The position numbers were made by a program, and so were the translations under genes. From an uncultured Candidatus Marinamargulisbacteria bacterium (GTDB taxonomy: Bacteria > Margulisbacteria > Marinamargulisbacteria > CAZFTP01), in contig CAZFTP010000001.1 of NCBI GenBank assembly GCA_964521915.1, forward strand, positions 67,611-131,610: DNA of 64,000 nt. Reading direction: 5' to 3'. This document shows, one piece after another, positions 9,734 through 19,165 of this stretch. The notes beneath the pieces are model-generated. The model was given only the letters and a program-made list of their open reading frames with translations, was not told the origin of the DNA and did no database searches. Position 1 is the first letter of the stretch. Each line of letters begins with the position of its first letter.

Positions 9734-9774
9734 TCGATATTTACCAAATTCTAACTTTGAGCTAAAATAAGCTC

Positions 9775-11175
9775 ATGGCCAAAAACACACTTTATAACAA
9801 AGTCTGGGATCTTCATAAAATTGCTACTTTACCAACAGGACAAGATCAGATTTTTATTGGTTTGCATTATATGCACGAAGTTACAAGCCCAGCCGCTTTT
9901 TCTTTTTTAAGAGAACGAAAAGAAAAAGTGTTATTACCTCACCGCAATTTTGCTACTTACGATCACGTAATCCCTACGGATGATCAATCCCGTCCATTTA
10001 AAGACCAAGAAGCAGAAATTATGGCAAGTACCATTGAAAAAAATACAAAAGAATTTGGCATTACTTTTTTTGGTTTAAATTCCGGTAAAGAAGGTGTTGT
10101 CCATATTATTGGACCGGAGCATGGAATCACTAAACCAGGTATGATTATTGCTTGTGGAGATAGTCACACCAGTACGCATGGCGCGTTTGGCTCTTTGGCA
10201 TTTGGCATCGGAACTACAGAAGTAAGCATGGTTTTAGAAACTCAAACCTTAGCTTTGAATCCGTTAAAAGTACGTAAAATTCAATTTAACGGTACTATGC
10301 AAAAAGGGGTTTCTGCTAAAGATTTAATTTTAAAAGTAATTCAAGTTTTAGGTGTAAATGGTGGTTTAGGTTATGCTTATGAATTTAGCGGTGATGTAAT
10401 CAGTAAAATGAACATGGATGAAAGAATGACTATCTGCAATATGAGTATTGAGGGTGGAGCAAGAATTGGGTATATTAACCCAGATCAAATTACTTTTGAT
10501 TATATTAAAGATCGTGAATATGCACCAAAAGGGGCTGATTTCGATAAAGCTGTAAAATTTTGGCATTCAATAGCAAGTGATAAAGACGCAGTTTATGATG
10601 ATGTAGTAGAATTTGATGTGTCAAAAATTGAACCAATGATAACTTGGGGTATTAACCCAGGTATGGTCATGGGAATTAGCGAAAAAATCCCGATGCTAAA
10701 AGATTTGTCAGAAGCAGAACAAAAACATATTAAGCATGCTTTAGATTATATGAAATTTAAAGAAGGGCAATCACTTTTAGGTTTACCAGTAGATGTAGTA
10801 TTTATTGGGTCTTGTACTAACGGCCGAATGACAGACTTTAGGATTGCTGCAGAAATCATGAAAGGTAAAAAAGTTGCTGATAATGTTAAATGTTTGGTTG
10901 TACCTGGTTCTGCTGCCATTAAAAAGCAAGCAGAAGCAGAAGGCTTAGACAAAATATTTATTGATGCAGGTGCTGAGTGGCGTTATGCGGGTTGTTCGAT
11001 GTGTTTGGCGATGAACCCAGATAAGTTAATCGGAGATCAAATTAGCGTTTCAACTAGTAATCGTAACTTTATTGGCAGGCAAGGTAGTTCTACAGGTAGA
11101 ACTATTTTGGCTAGCCCGGCAGTTGCTGCCATCACCGCTATTAACGGTAAAATTAAGGGACCTTCGGTCCCTTAG
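9775..11175 (+). CDS. leuC: 3-isopropylmalate dehydratase large subunit
   Basis: 466 aa aconitase-family protein; [13 protein letters not shown] and GSCTNGR motifs. The last codons and stop (KGPSVP*) are encoded by a module-B-like repeat unit gggaccttcggtccc. Confidence 0.9.
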   Translation: MAKNTLYNKVWDLHKIATLPTGQDQIFIGLHYMHEVTSPAAFSFLRERKEKVLLPHRNFATYDHVIPTDDQSRPFKDQEAEIMASTIEKNTKEFGITFFGLNSGKEGVVHIIGPEHGITKPGMIIACGDSHTSTHGAFGSLAFGIGTTEVSMVLETQTLALNPLKVRKIQFNGTMQKGVSAKDLILKVIQVLGVNGGLGYAYEFSGDVISKMNMDERMTICNMSIEGGARIGYINPDQITFDYIKDREYAPKGADFDKAVKFWHSIASDKDAVYDDVVEFDVSKIEPMITWGINPGMVMGISEKIPMLKDLSEAEQKHIKHALDYMKFKEGQSLLGLPVDVVFIGSCTNGRMTDFRIAAEIMKGKKVADNVKCLVVPGSAAIKKQAEAEGLDKIFIDAGAEWRYAGCSMCLAMNPDKLIGDQISVSTSNRNFIGRQGSSTGRTILASPAVAAITAINGKIKGPSVP

Positions 11176-11403
11176 ACCCTAAGGATGAATATAGTATTCT
11201 TAGGGGACTTCGTCCCCTAAAACCCCTTGGGGAATAATGGTTTTTAAGGGACTCCGTCCCTTAAACCCTGGCGGGGCAAGCCCCTGCACCCCATGGATTT
11301 TTAAGGCGTAGCCTTAATATACCCAAAAGGGGTTTAAGGGGGCTTGCCCCCTTAGAAAACAATATTTTTCTCGTACTCTTTTTTGCGAAGCAAAAAAGAG
11401 TAC
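11155..11403. repeat. GC-rich mosaic repeat cluster inserted between leuC and leuD, ending in an AT-rich perfect hairpin
   Basis: Units gggaccttcggtccc, ggggacttcgtcccc, gggactccgtccc, ggggcaagcccc, gggggcttgccccc; hairpin gtactcttttttgc-gaa-gcaaaaaagagtac at 11373-11403. Confidence 0.8.
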
Positions 11404-11419
11404 ATAAAAAGGTGTAAAT

Positions 11420-12019
11420 ATGATTATAAAAAAAATAATTGGCAAAGCCGTTCCCATCGATGGCGATGATATAGATACAGATCAAATATTACCTGCCAAG
11501 TTTATGAAGGAAATCACCTTCGATAACATGGGTAAGTATCTTTTTTACGATTATCGTTATGATAAAGAAGGTAAAACCAAAGGGCATATTCTTGATAAAC
11601 CACAACATAAAGAAGCTGTTTTATTTTTTGCCAAAAAGAATTTTGGATGTGGTTCATCCCGCGAGCACGCACCGCAAGCTTTGAAACGCTACGGAGTAAA
11701 AGCCATTGTGGCAGAATCTTTTGCCGAAATTTTTGCCGGAAATTGTAAAGCTTTAGGTATTCCTTTAGTTACAGTTCCAAAAGAAGTTCTGGATATTATA
11801 ACCTTAATCAGCCTAGAAAAACCAGATACGGAGTTTGAAATTGATTTAGAAACTCAAACTATTTCGTTTCACGAAAAGTCATTCGTAATTGAAATAAAAA
11901 AATCTCACCGAGAAGACTTTTTAGCTGGAACTTGGGATGTCCGTTCACTTCTTAAAGCTAATTTAGACAAAATTATGGCAAAAGATAAAGAACTCAAAGC
12001 ACTAGGTGAATTATATTAA
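11420..12019 (+). CDS. leuD: 3-isopropylmalate dehydratase small subunit
   Basis: 199 aa; GDDIDTDQILPA and FGCGSSREHAPQAL motifs. Confidence 0.9.
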   Translation: MIIKKIIGKAVPIDGDDIDTDQILPAKFMKEITFDNMGKYLFYDYRYDKEGKTKGHILDKPQHKEAVLFFAKKNFGCGSSREHAPQALKRYGVKAIVAESFAEIFAGNCKALGIPLVTVPKEVLDIITLISLEKPDTEFEIDLETQTISFHEKSFVIEIKKSHREDFLAGTWDVRSLLKANLDKIMAKDKELKALGELY

Positions 12020-12058
12020 ATAATAAAAACTAAAATTTTGATTTAACGAATTTTGTCA

Positions 12059-13720
12059 CTAAGTTACCTTTTGAACATCTTCTGCCACCGAACTAATCGA
12101 ACTTAAATTAAACTTCTCTTTAATAATCTTATAAACATTTGGCGATATAAAAGCAGGCAAAGTTGGTCCTAAAATAATATTTTTAAATCCTAGGCTTAAA
12201 AGCATTAATAATACCAATACGGCTTTTTGTTCATACCAAGCAATATCAAAGGAAATTGGTAAATCATTAAGATCACTTAAACCAAAGACTTCCTTTAATT
12301 TTAAGGCAATTACAGCAAGAGAATAACTATCGTTACATTGACCGGCATCAAGTACCCTAGGTATACCGTTAATTGTACCTAAATCCAAAAAATTATACCG
12401 ATATTTAGCACAACCGGCAGTCAAAATTATTGTATCCGACGGTAATTTTTCGGCAAATTCGGTATAGTAAGTTCTTTCTTTAAATCGACCATCGCAACCA
12501 GCCATCACTATAAAACGTTTAATTGCGCCGGATTTTATAGCTTCTATAATCTTATCAGCATTAGCTAAAACGGTATCGTGAGCAAAACCAATTGTTAATT
12601 TCTTGCCTTCTTTAACCTCTAAATCGCCTAACTCTTGGGCTTTTTGTATAAGCCCGGAAAAATCTTTCGGTTGATTATTCTTCCTATCTTCAATATGTTT
12701 TACTCCCGGCCAAGCAACAAGTCCAGTAGTAAAAATGCGATCTTCATAAGTATCCAAAGGTTTTTGAATACAATTGGTGGTCATTAAAATTGCACCTTTA
12801 AATTCCGCAAACTCTTTTTGTTGATTGTACCAAGAAGACCCGAAATTCCCGATCAAATTTCCATACTGCTTGAAAAACGGGTAAGCATTTGCCGGCAACA
12901 TTTCACCATGAGTATAAATATTCACGTCTGTACCTTTAGTTTGTTCTAAAAGCTCAGCTAAATCTCTTAAATCATGCCCGCTAATTAATATTCCCGGTCC
13001 TTTTATGGTGCCGGTAAAAACTTCGGTAATTTCTGGTTTGCCATAGGTACTAGTGTTTGCAGTATCTAAAAGCGCCATAGTTTCTGCTCCGAAATTACCG
13101 GTTTCAATAATTAAACCCAAATACTCTTCGGCAGTTAAATTACTCAAACCTATTTTAGCTAGACAATTTTCGATAAAATCAAAAATCTTTTCATTTGTAT
13201 AACCTAAAACATAAGCATGATCTAAATAAGCCGAAATTCCTTTTAAACCATAGATAAGTAAATATCTTAAAGACCTAATATCTTCATTTTCAATACTTAA
13301 AATACCAACTTCTTTTGCTTTAGCTAAATAAGTTTGTTTTGAACTAATACTTGGTTGCCAATAGGCACTTTCTGGAACAAAGTTAAAATCAAAGGGCTGT
13401 TTGTTTTGTTCTTGGAATTTAACCAAAAACTTTTCTTTTAAACTGTCTCTTAAATCAAAAGCTTTATTAATAAGAACTATTAAACGATCATCATCAAAAT
13501 TAACATTAGTGATAGTTGAAAATAAGGCTTGAATAATAAAAACCGAAATAGTTTCATTTTTTAACCCAAGTTTTTTACTTTCAACCTGCCAAAAGCTTAA
13601 ACCGAACAATAAATAAATTAATAAATCCATTAAATTACTGGAATCGTCTTTTTTGCCGCAGACACCTTGGATGCTACAGCCTTGATTTTTCACGGTTTCT
13701 TGACATTGGTAGCAAAACAT
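12059..13720 (-). CDS. hcp: hydroxylamine reductase / hybrid-cluster protein
   Basis: MFCYQCQET N-terminal Cys motif of Hcp; start moved to the ATG at 13720, which is preceded by AAGGAG. Confidence 0.9.
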   Translation of the reverse strand: MFCYQCQETVKNQGCSIQGVCGKKDDSSNLMDLLIYLLFGLSFWQVESKKLGLKNETISVFIIQALFSTITNVNFDDDRLIVLINKAFDLRDSLKEKFLVKFQEQNKQPFDFNFVPESAYWQPSISSKQTYLAKAKEVGILSIENEDIRSLRYLLIYGLKGISAYLDHAYVLGYTNEKIFDFIENCLAKIGLSNLTAEEYLGLIIETGNFGAETMALLDTANTSTYGKPEITEVFTGTIKGPGILISGHDLRDLAELLEQTKGTDVNIYTHGEMLPANAYPFFKQYGNLIGNFGSSWYNQQKEFAEFKGAILMTTNCIQKPLDTYEDRIFTTGLVAWPGVKHIEDRKNNQPKDFSGLIQKAQELGDLEVKEGKKLTIGFAHDTVLANADKIIEAIKSGAIKRFIVMAGCDGRFKERTYYTEFAEKLPSDTIILTAGCAKYRYNFLDLGTINGIPRVLDAGQCNDSYSLAVIALKLKEVFGLSDLNDLPISFDIAWYEQKAVLVLLMLLSLGFKNIILGPTLPAFISPNVYKIIKEKFNLSSISSVAEDVQKVT

Positions 13721-13773
13721 TGTTGTTCTCCTTTTTTCTTTTTTGAAAAGAAACAAAATTTTTTATTTTATAT

Positions 13774-13803
13774 CTACTTTCTTTTTGTGAAAAAAGAAAG
13801 TAG
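13774..13803. promoter_or_regulatory. perfect 13-bp inverted repeat (ctactttcttttt-gtga-aaaaagaaagtag) about 55-85 nt upstream of hcp; candidate operator
   Basis: Read directly from the sequence; a second shorter palindrome tttcttttttgaaaagaaa lies at 13733-13751. Confidence 0.5.
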
Positions 13804-13816
13804 CAAAGAAAATCAC

Positions 13817-13915
13817 CCCAAAACACAGGGACCCGCTATTTGTGTGCTCAGCTCCACCCATCCCCCCGTGGGACCCCTTACGCTGTGCACAAAAACAGCG
13901 ACCTATGTTTTGGGG
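13817..13915. other. GC-rich structured element (about 99 nt) flanked by inverted ccccaaaaca/tgttttgggg arms, in the rrf2-hcp intergenic region
   Basis: Local GC is far above background; internal complementary segments (tttgtgtgctcagc / gctgtgcacaaa). Confidence 0.45.
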
Positions 13916-14053
13916 TTTGAACTCTTTTTTTACTCCCTCTCCTTAATAAGGAGAGGGGTGAGGTTATATTCCCCCTCGTTTTTTGCTTAAAAATCTAAAA
14001 ATTAACCAAAATATACCTGCCAGCAAAAAGAGAGGGGGTCAGGGGGTGAGTTA

Positions 14054-14449
14054 TCACAAATTTTTTATCTTAGTTCCCTCCAACTTAGCAAAAAATTCCT
14101 CCTGAAATTCTTTTAAAATCTTATGCATGGGGCAACTGCCTTGTAAAAAACAATTTCCTTCAGCATTTAAGCATTCATTAAAACGGAATTTAGGATCAAT
14201 AATATTAATTATATCTAAAACACTCGAATTTTTATTAATAAATCTTACTCCTCCTGTTTTACCTCTTTGCGATTCAATAATTCCTTTTTTCGCTAATTGC
14301 TGAAAAATTTTGGCTAAAAAAATTTCTGACACCTTAATATTTTTCGCAATTTGACTAATAGTTATAACATCATCCTGCGGTTGATTAGCTAAAAATATTA
14401 TTGCTCTTAAAGCATAATCTAACCTTCTACTAATTAATATCTCAATCAC
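14054..14449 (-). CDS. Rrf2-family (NsrR/IscR-like) Fe-S transcriptional regulator
   Basis: N-terminal wHTH (DYALRAIIFLA), C-terminal C-x6-C-x5-C cysteine triad; lies immediately upstream of hcp. Confidence 0.8.
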   Translation of the reverse strand: MIEILISRRLDYALRAIIFLANQPQDDVITISQIAKNIKVSEIFLAKIFQQLAKKGIIESQRGKTGGVRFINKNSSVLDIINIIDPKFRFNECLNAEGNCFLQGSCPMHKILKEFQEEFFAKLEGTKIKNL

Positions 14450-14690
14450 CTCCTAAATAAAACCATTTTAGTCTTATTTAAGAGTATGACCAAAAAATTA
14501 AGCTTTGTCAACAATATTATTAATATATTTACTTTGGTACTAGTGCGCTGGAAATATTTCTCTAATCTTATATAATAAAAAATACAAAAAAAAATTTAAA
14601 TATCAATAATTTAATAATCAGCGCTCCAAAAATAGCAAAATAATGTTTCAAAAAATTACTTTATTGGAAAAATATACTAGAGGATAAAAA

Positions 14691-14709
14691 TACGTAATCT
14701 AATTACGTA
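14691..14709. promoter_or_regulatory. inverted repeat tacgtaat-cta-attacgta between the predicted promoter and RBS of the 14728 gene
   Basis: Seen in sequence; 19 nt upstream of the start codon. Confidence 0.35.
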
Positions 14710-14727
14710 ATAGAGGGGGATAATATA

Positions 14728-17457
14728 ATGGATGCAATAGGTTTACCAAAACCAATTCCAACTAATCCTGGAGTAGCTCAGGAAATAAACGCTGAACCTA
14801 TAAAAGATGAAATTAAAAGAGGTATCTGTTCACCAACTAATTTACTTATAATCAAACCACCGTTAGATACTTCTCTCCTAACTATTATACCAGGTAAATT
14901 ATCAGATAAACAAACCGAGATTAATGATACAAGCGCTTATTTTTCAGAACTATCTTCATCAAAAGCAAAAGCTATAGTACCTACGCCTACTCCACCGCTA
15001 CCGCAAACATCGCCGTTACCATTATCATCAACATCTACATCCCCCCCAATTTCTACGCCAAGCCCAACAGTTCAAGGTTTTTTTACAGCTGATCTATTTC
15101 CTGGCTACGAAGAATCTGCTTCCGCTGAAACAAAACGAAAAATAATTACAGATAACTTTTACAATGAATATTTTAGCGATAACGAAGAATTAATTGGTAG
15201 CCTTACTAGAAATTTTTGCCAGATAAAAGAGACTTTATTAACTACAATACCTGAAAACCAACTAAAAATAGTCTCACAATTATGTACAGAAATAGAAAGA
15301 TTAATTGCTCTAAATATTAATGGTGAAGAAAATAATAATCCCTACTTTAATGCTGTAAATGCCTATATAGAAAGAATTCTAAAATTATTATTTGAAACTT
15401 TATCAGGGATTGAACCCGAAATAGATGGACCTTTACACACAATATATAATACTGCATTAGAAAAATTAAAAACGGCTGATAATATTGTTTATTTCCTATT
15501 AGAAAAAACTAAAACTTTTGAAAATTTAACAGAAACAAATTATTTCATAAATACCTATAAATTTGCAGATTATTTTGATCCAAATAGCGTTGAGACAAGT
15601 CTATCTGAAGCAACTGAGGCTGAAAGTCAACCTGAACAACCAAGAATATATCCTCACGATTTCAGAGAACTATATAGAAAAAAATTAGAGTTTGAGTTAA
15701 ATTATTTCCAAACTACGCTTTCAGATTTAGAAGAATACCTAAAAACTTCAATACCAGATTCTAATCCGGAACTAAATAAACTAATGGAATTGATCAATCA
15801 AAGTAGAAGCACTTTTCCTCCTGATTTAACTCCCCTAAATTTTTTGGAACTAAAAAATTTAACTGCCCATTGCAATGATCAGACAATAAAAATCATCTCT
15901 TCATTATCAGATTTATTAAGCAATATATTGTTGCCAGATTTTATTGATGTCCAAAAAGAAAAAATAAATATTTATATACACATGGGTAATCTATTACAAA
16001 AATTTAATAGTGAAGCATCTGTTATTTATTATCAAGAAGCTTTAAAAATTACAGATCAACTCCTTTTTTTATTTCCATTATCAGAAACAAACCTGGGAGA
16101 AATAAGGCAAAAGAAAATCACAATTACGGATAATATTATAAATGCTCTATCCATAGAGCTTAAAAATACGGTTTATGGTAATGATATATCCCTAATATTC
16201 TACAAAATAGCTAATTACTATTATCAATTAGGTCTTTACTCTGAAAAAATTGGCGAAATAGAAACCGCTCTTGATTATTATACCTTGGCATTATCTACAT
16301 ATTCAAAACAGATTTCGCATAATAATATATTTATCAGAACAAGAATAATGGAAATTAATCAACGTAAAGAAAAATTAGAAGGCACAAAAACAGATACTAA
16401 TGCTGAAAATGCTTTAAGTAGAGCTAAAATTATTGTTAAGCAATCAATTGCTAGGATGAATGGCGCTACTGAAGATACGCCAGAAGTAATACCTGCACCT
16501 GTAGAACCAAGCCAAATATTAAAACAAATTCAAAGAGACGGTGAATTATTTATTTTTCCCGATATTCATGCATCTTTAGACCTTGCCAGCCAGATGTTTT
16601 ATGCCGCCGGATTAACAGATGAAGATGGAAGCTGGCTAACTCCAGCTCAAAGAGCAGATCGCGGTGGAAATTCAGAACCAATTAACGTTGTAATACTTGG
16701 TGATTTTATAGATAGAGGTTTATATTCACACGAAACTCATGAATATCTAAAATATTTAAAGAAACTAGCAATAGCAACAGGCGATAACCTTGTTATTCTA
16801 GCAGGTAATCATGAGGCCGAAATATTCAGAAGCTCTTGTGGGGTAAATAATACTCCATATTTAGCAGATGAAATAAGAACTGAATTAAAAACAGATATTC
16901 TGCAAGGAACTATTCAATTAGCTTATTACAATCAAAAACATAATATTTTATTTACTCATGCTGGGTTAACTGAAAACTATTTAAAAACGTTTTATGGTCC
17001 TTTAGTTGGGAAACCCGCAACTGAAATTAGTACAATCCTAAACCTAGAATTTGTACAAAGTTTAGAAAATCCAGAAATTCTTACTAGATTATTAGTTGCT
17101 AGTACAAAAAGAGGTGGTTCTGCTGAATCTGGCAGTATGCTTTGGGCTGATGCAGAAGAATCATTTGCAGAATCAGGAGTACGCCCCTATATAAATATCT
17201 TCGGACATTCTCCTCATGCTATACCAATACAAAAACGCTCATTAATATGCTCTGATACCGGAATTTGCCCTTACTATGGCGGGCATATGTCTTTTCTAGT
17301 TAAAACCAAAAATCCGAATGAACCAATTAAATGGGTTCACTCAGAAGTTGATTATGAGGATTTACCAGAAGATCAAGATATTGAAATTTCTGGATATGAT
17401 TTAAAAGAAAATCCGGTAAACTCTGCTTGGGCTGTTTTGGGTATTCCAGGTGCATAA
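14728..17457 (+). CDS. large TPR-like + PPP-family Ser/Thr phosphatase protein (PP5-like architecture) with a Pro/Ser/Thr-rich N-terminal linker
   Basis: C-terminal motifs PDIHAS (GDxHG-like), GDFIDRG (GDxVDRG), GNHE, HAG, GHSPH; central TPR-like YYQEALKI/YYQLGLY/ALDYYTLAL; N-terminal PTPTPPLPQTSPLPL. Confidence 0.7.
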   Translation: MDAIGLPKPIPTNPGVAQEINAEPIKDEIKRGICSPTNLLIIKPPLDTSLLTIIPGKLSDKQTEINDTSAYFSELSSSKAKAIVPTPTPPLPQTSPLPLSSTSTSPPISTPSPTVQGFFTADLFPGYEESASAETKRKIITDNFYNEYFSDNEELIGSLTRNFCQIKETLLTTIPENQLKIVSQLCTEIERLIALNINGEENNNPYFNAVNAYIERILKLLFETLSGIEPEIDGPLHTIYNTALEKLKTADNIVYFLLEKTKTFENLTETNYFINTYKFADYFDPNSVETSLSEATEAESQPEQPRIYPHDFRELYRKKLEFELNYFQTTLSDLEEYLKTSIPDSNPELNKLMELINQSRSTFPPDLTPLNFLELKNLTAHCNDQTIKIISSLSDLLSNILLPDFIDVQKEKINIYIHMGNLLQKFNSEASVIYYQEALKITDQLLFLFPLSETNLGEIRQKKITITDNIINALSIELKNTVYGNDISLIFYKIANYYYQLGLYSEKIGEIETALDYYTLALSTYSKQISHNNIFIRTRIMEINQRKEKLEGTKTDTNAENALSRAKIIVKQSIARMNGATEDTPEVIPAPVEPSQILKQIQRDGELFIFPDIHASLDLASQMFYAAGLTDEDGSWLTPAQRADRGGNSEPINVVILGDFIDRGLYSHETHEYLKYLKKLAIATGDNLVILAGNHEAEIFRSSCGVNNTPYLADEIRTELKTDILQGTIQLAYYNQKHNILFTHAGLTENYLKTFYGPLVGKPATEISTILNLEFVQSLENPEILTRLLVASTKRGGSAESGSMLWADAEESFAESGVRPYINIFGHSPHAIPIQKRSLICSDTGICPYYGGHMSFLVKTKNPNEPIKWVHSEVDYEDLPEDQDIEISGYDLKENPVNSAWAVLGIPGA

Positions 17458-17714
17458 GAAAGTGCCTAGTTTTTGGGATCACTGGTAATTATTGCAAATA
17501 TGTTGTATTATAAAAAAATTGTATAGTAATAATATAAATTATTGTTAATTCTTTCTAATTACTTCTTTTATTTAAGTGTATTAAAGATTTCCAAGAACTA
17601 GCAAAATTTTCCTTCCCGTTTGGATCCATATCTTGGATATTATTAAGATACACTCTTTGTAATCGCTAATAATTAGCCTAATAAAATCTACAAAGAAAAT
17701 AAATAGGAGTGTTT

Positions 17715-18923
17715 ATGAGTTTTGATAATTTTAATTTAAATAAGGAGATCTTGAAACAAGTTGAAAAACTTGGTTATCAAGATCCCACCCCAATTCAAGA
17801 ACAAACCATACCTATAATTCTTGAAGGAAAAGACTTAATGGGATTAGCCCAAACCGGAACAGGTAAAACAGCGGCTTTTGTTCTACCAATTTTACATCGC
17901 TTAATAGAAAATACGAAAAGAGGGCTTCCTCGTGCTTTGATAATTGCGCCTACCAGAGAATTAGTTGAACAAATCAATGCCAATATTAACACTTTTGGCA
18001 GATCATCAGGAATTAGAAGCTTAACTATATATGGTGGAGTTAGCGGTTATAAACAAGCAATGTCTTTAAGACGTGGTGTAGATATTATTGTTGCTTGCCC
18101 TGGCAGGTTACTAGATCATATAAATCAACGCACTATTAATCTAGCTCAAATTGAAACCTTAGTGCTAGATGAAGCAGACCAAATGTTTGATATGGGTTTT
18201 TTGCCGTCCTTAAAAAAAATCATTACTTATTTGCCAAAACAACGTCAAAACCTGATGTTTTCTGCTACTATGCCACAGGCGGTTAATCATCTGGCAGAAG
18301 AAATTTTAAATAATCCAAGTGTCATCAAAATAAACCATGAAAAATCCTTAAAAAACATTTCTCATATAGTTTTTCCAGTAAAAAAACACCTTAAAACAAA
18401 TTTATTAATAGAAATTTTAAAAGAAACAGATTCAGATTCAGTTTTAATTTTCACTAAAACAAAGCATAAAGCAAGCCATTTACACGAAAAATTACAAAAA
18501 AATGGATACCCTACAACTTCTTTACAAGGAAATCTTTCTCAAGCAAAAAGAAAAACTGCCATTGAAGGTTTTCGCAGAGGTGATTATAAAATCATGGTTG
18601 CTACTGATATTGCCGCCAGAGGAATTGATATTGCTCAAATATCGCACGTTATTAATTATGACACGCCAGATACCCCTGAAGCATATATTCACCGTACCGG
18701 ACGTACTGGTAGAGCAATGAATAAAGGGATTGCTTTTTCATTGGTAACAAATGAAGATAAAAGTTTCTTCAGTATTATTGAACGTAAAATTGGAACTGAA
18801 CTCAAAAGTCGTTTAATCAATAATTTCAATTATAATGCTAAAATTGAAAATTTTGACCATGAAAAAAGTACCAATTCAAATAGAAGAAGATTTTCTAACA
18901 AGAGATATGCTCGAAGCTATTAA
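17715..18923 (+). CDS. DEAD-box ATP-dependent RNA helicase
   Basis: AQTGTGKT, PTRELV, DEAD, SAT and HRTGRTGR motifs; ATG at 17715 follows AGGAG. Confidence 0.9.
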   Translation: MSFDNFNLNKEILKQVEKLGYQDPTPIQEQTIPIILEGKDLMGLAQTGTGKTAAFVLPILHRLIENTKRGLPRALIIAPTRELVEQINANINTFGRSSGIRSLTIYGGVSGYKQAMSLRRGVDIIVACPGRLLDHINQRTINLAQIETLVLDEADQMFDMGFLPSLKKIITYLPKQRQNLMFSATMPQAVNHLAEEILNNPSVIKINHEKSLKNISHIVFPVKKHLKTNLLIEILKETDSDSVLIFTKTKHKASHLHEKLQKNGYPTTSLQGNLSQAKRKTAIEGFRRGDYKIMVATDIAARGIDIAQISHVINYDTPDTPEAYIHRTGRTGRAMNKGIAFSLVTNEDKSFFSIIERKIGTELKSRLINNFNYNAKIENFDHEKSTNSNRRRFSNKRYARSY

Positions 18924-18945
18924 GATTTTTTAAGGGAGGATTAAA

Positions 18946-19143
18946 ATGGATAAAACTTATATAATTTTACTTAGGAACAGTTATTTGATCTTTTGTGATA
19001 GTATTCCAATAAAAAAAGGCAATTATACTAAAGAAGTTAAACTTTTTGCTACAGATAAAAATAATAGCTGTTCAAAAATATGTGATTGGGTCAAGAATAA
19101 TTATAATCTACCAGAATTTGAAGAAGTAATAGATTGGGTTTAA
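18946..19143 (+). CDS. small hypothetical protein (65 aa)
   Basis: Strong RBS TAAGGGAGGA 6 nt upstream; no recognisable domain. Confidence 0.35.
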   Translation: MDKTYIILLRNSYLIFCDSIPIKKGNYTKEVKLFATDKNNSCSKICDWVKNNYNLPEFEEVIDWV

Positions 19144-19165
19144 AAAAAATCCTAATTAAAATATT

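Noticed and set aside
17458-17714. Inverted repeats (ccaagaa...atcttgg, ggatccatatcttggata) in the long leader of the DEAD-box helicase gene as a cold-shock regulatory structure
   Set aside because: The repeats are short and imperfect. Long AT-rich leaders are common for cold-shock helicases but nothing sequence-specific can be supported here.
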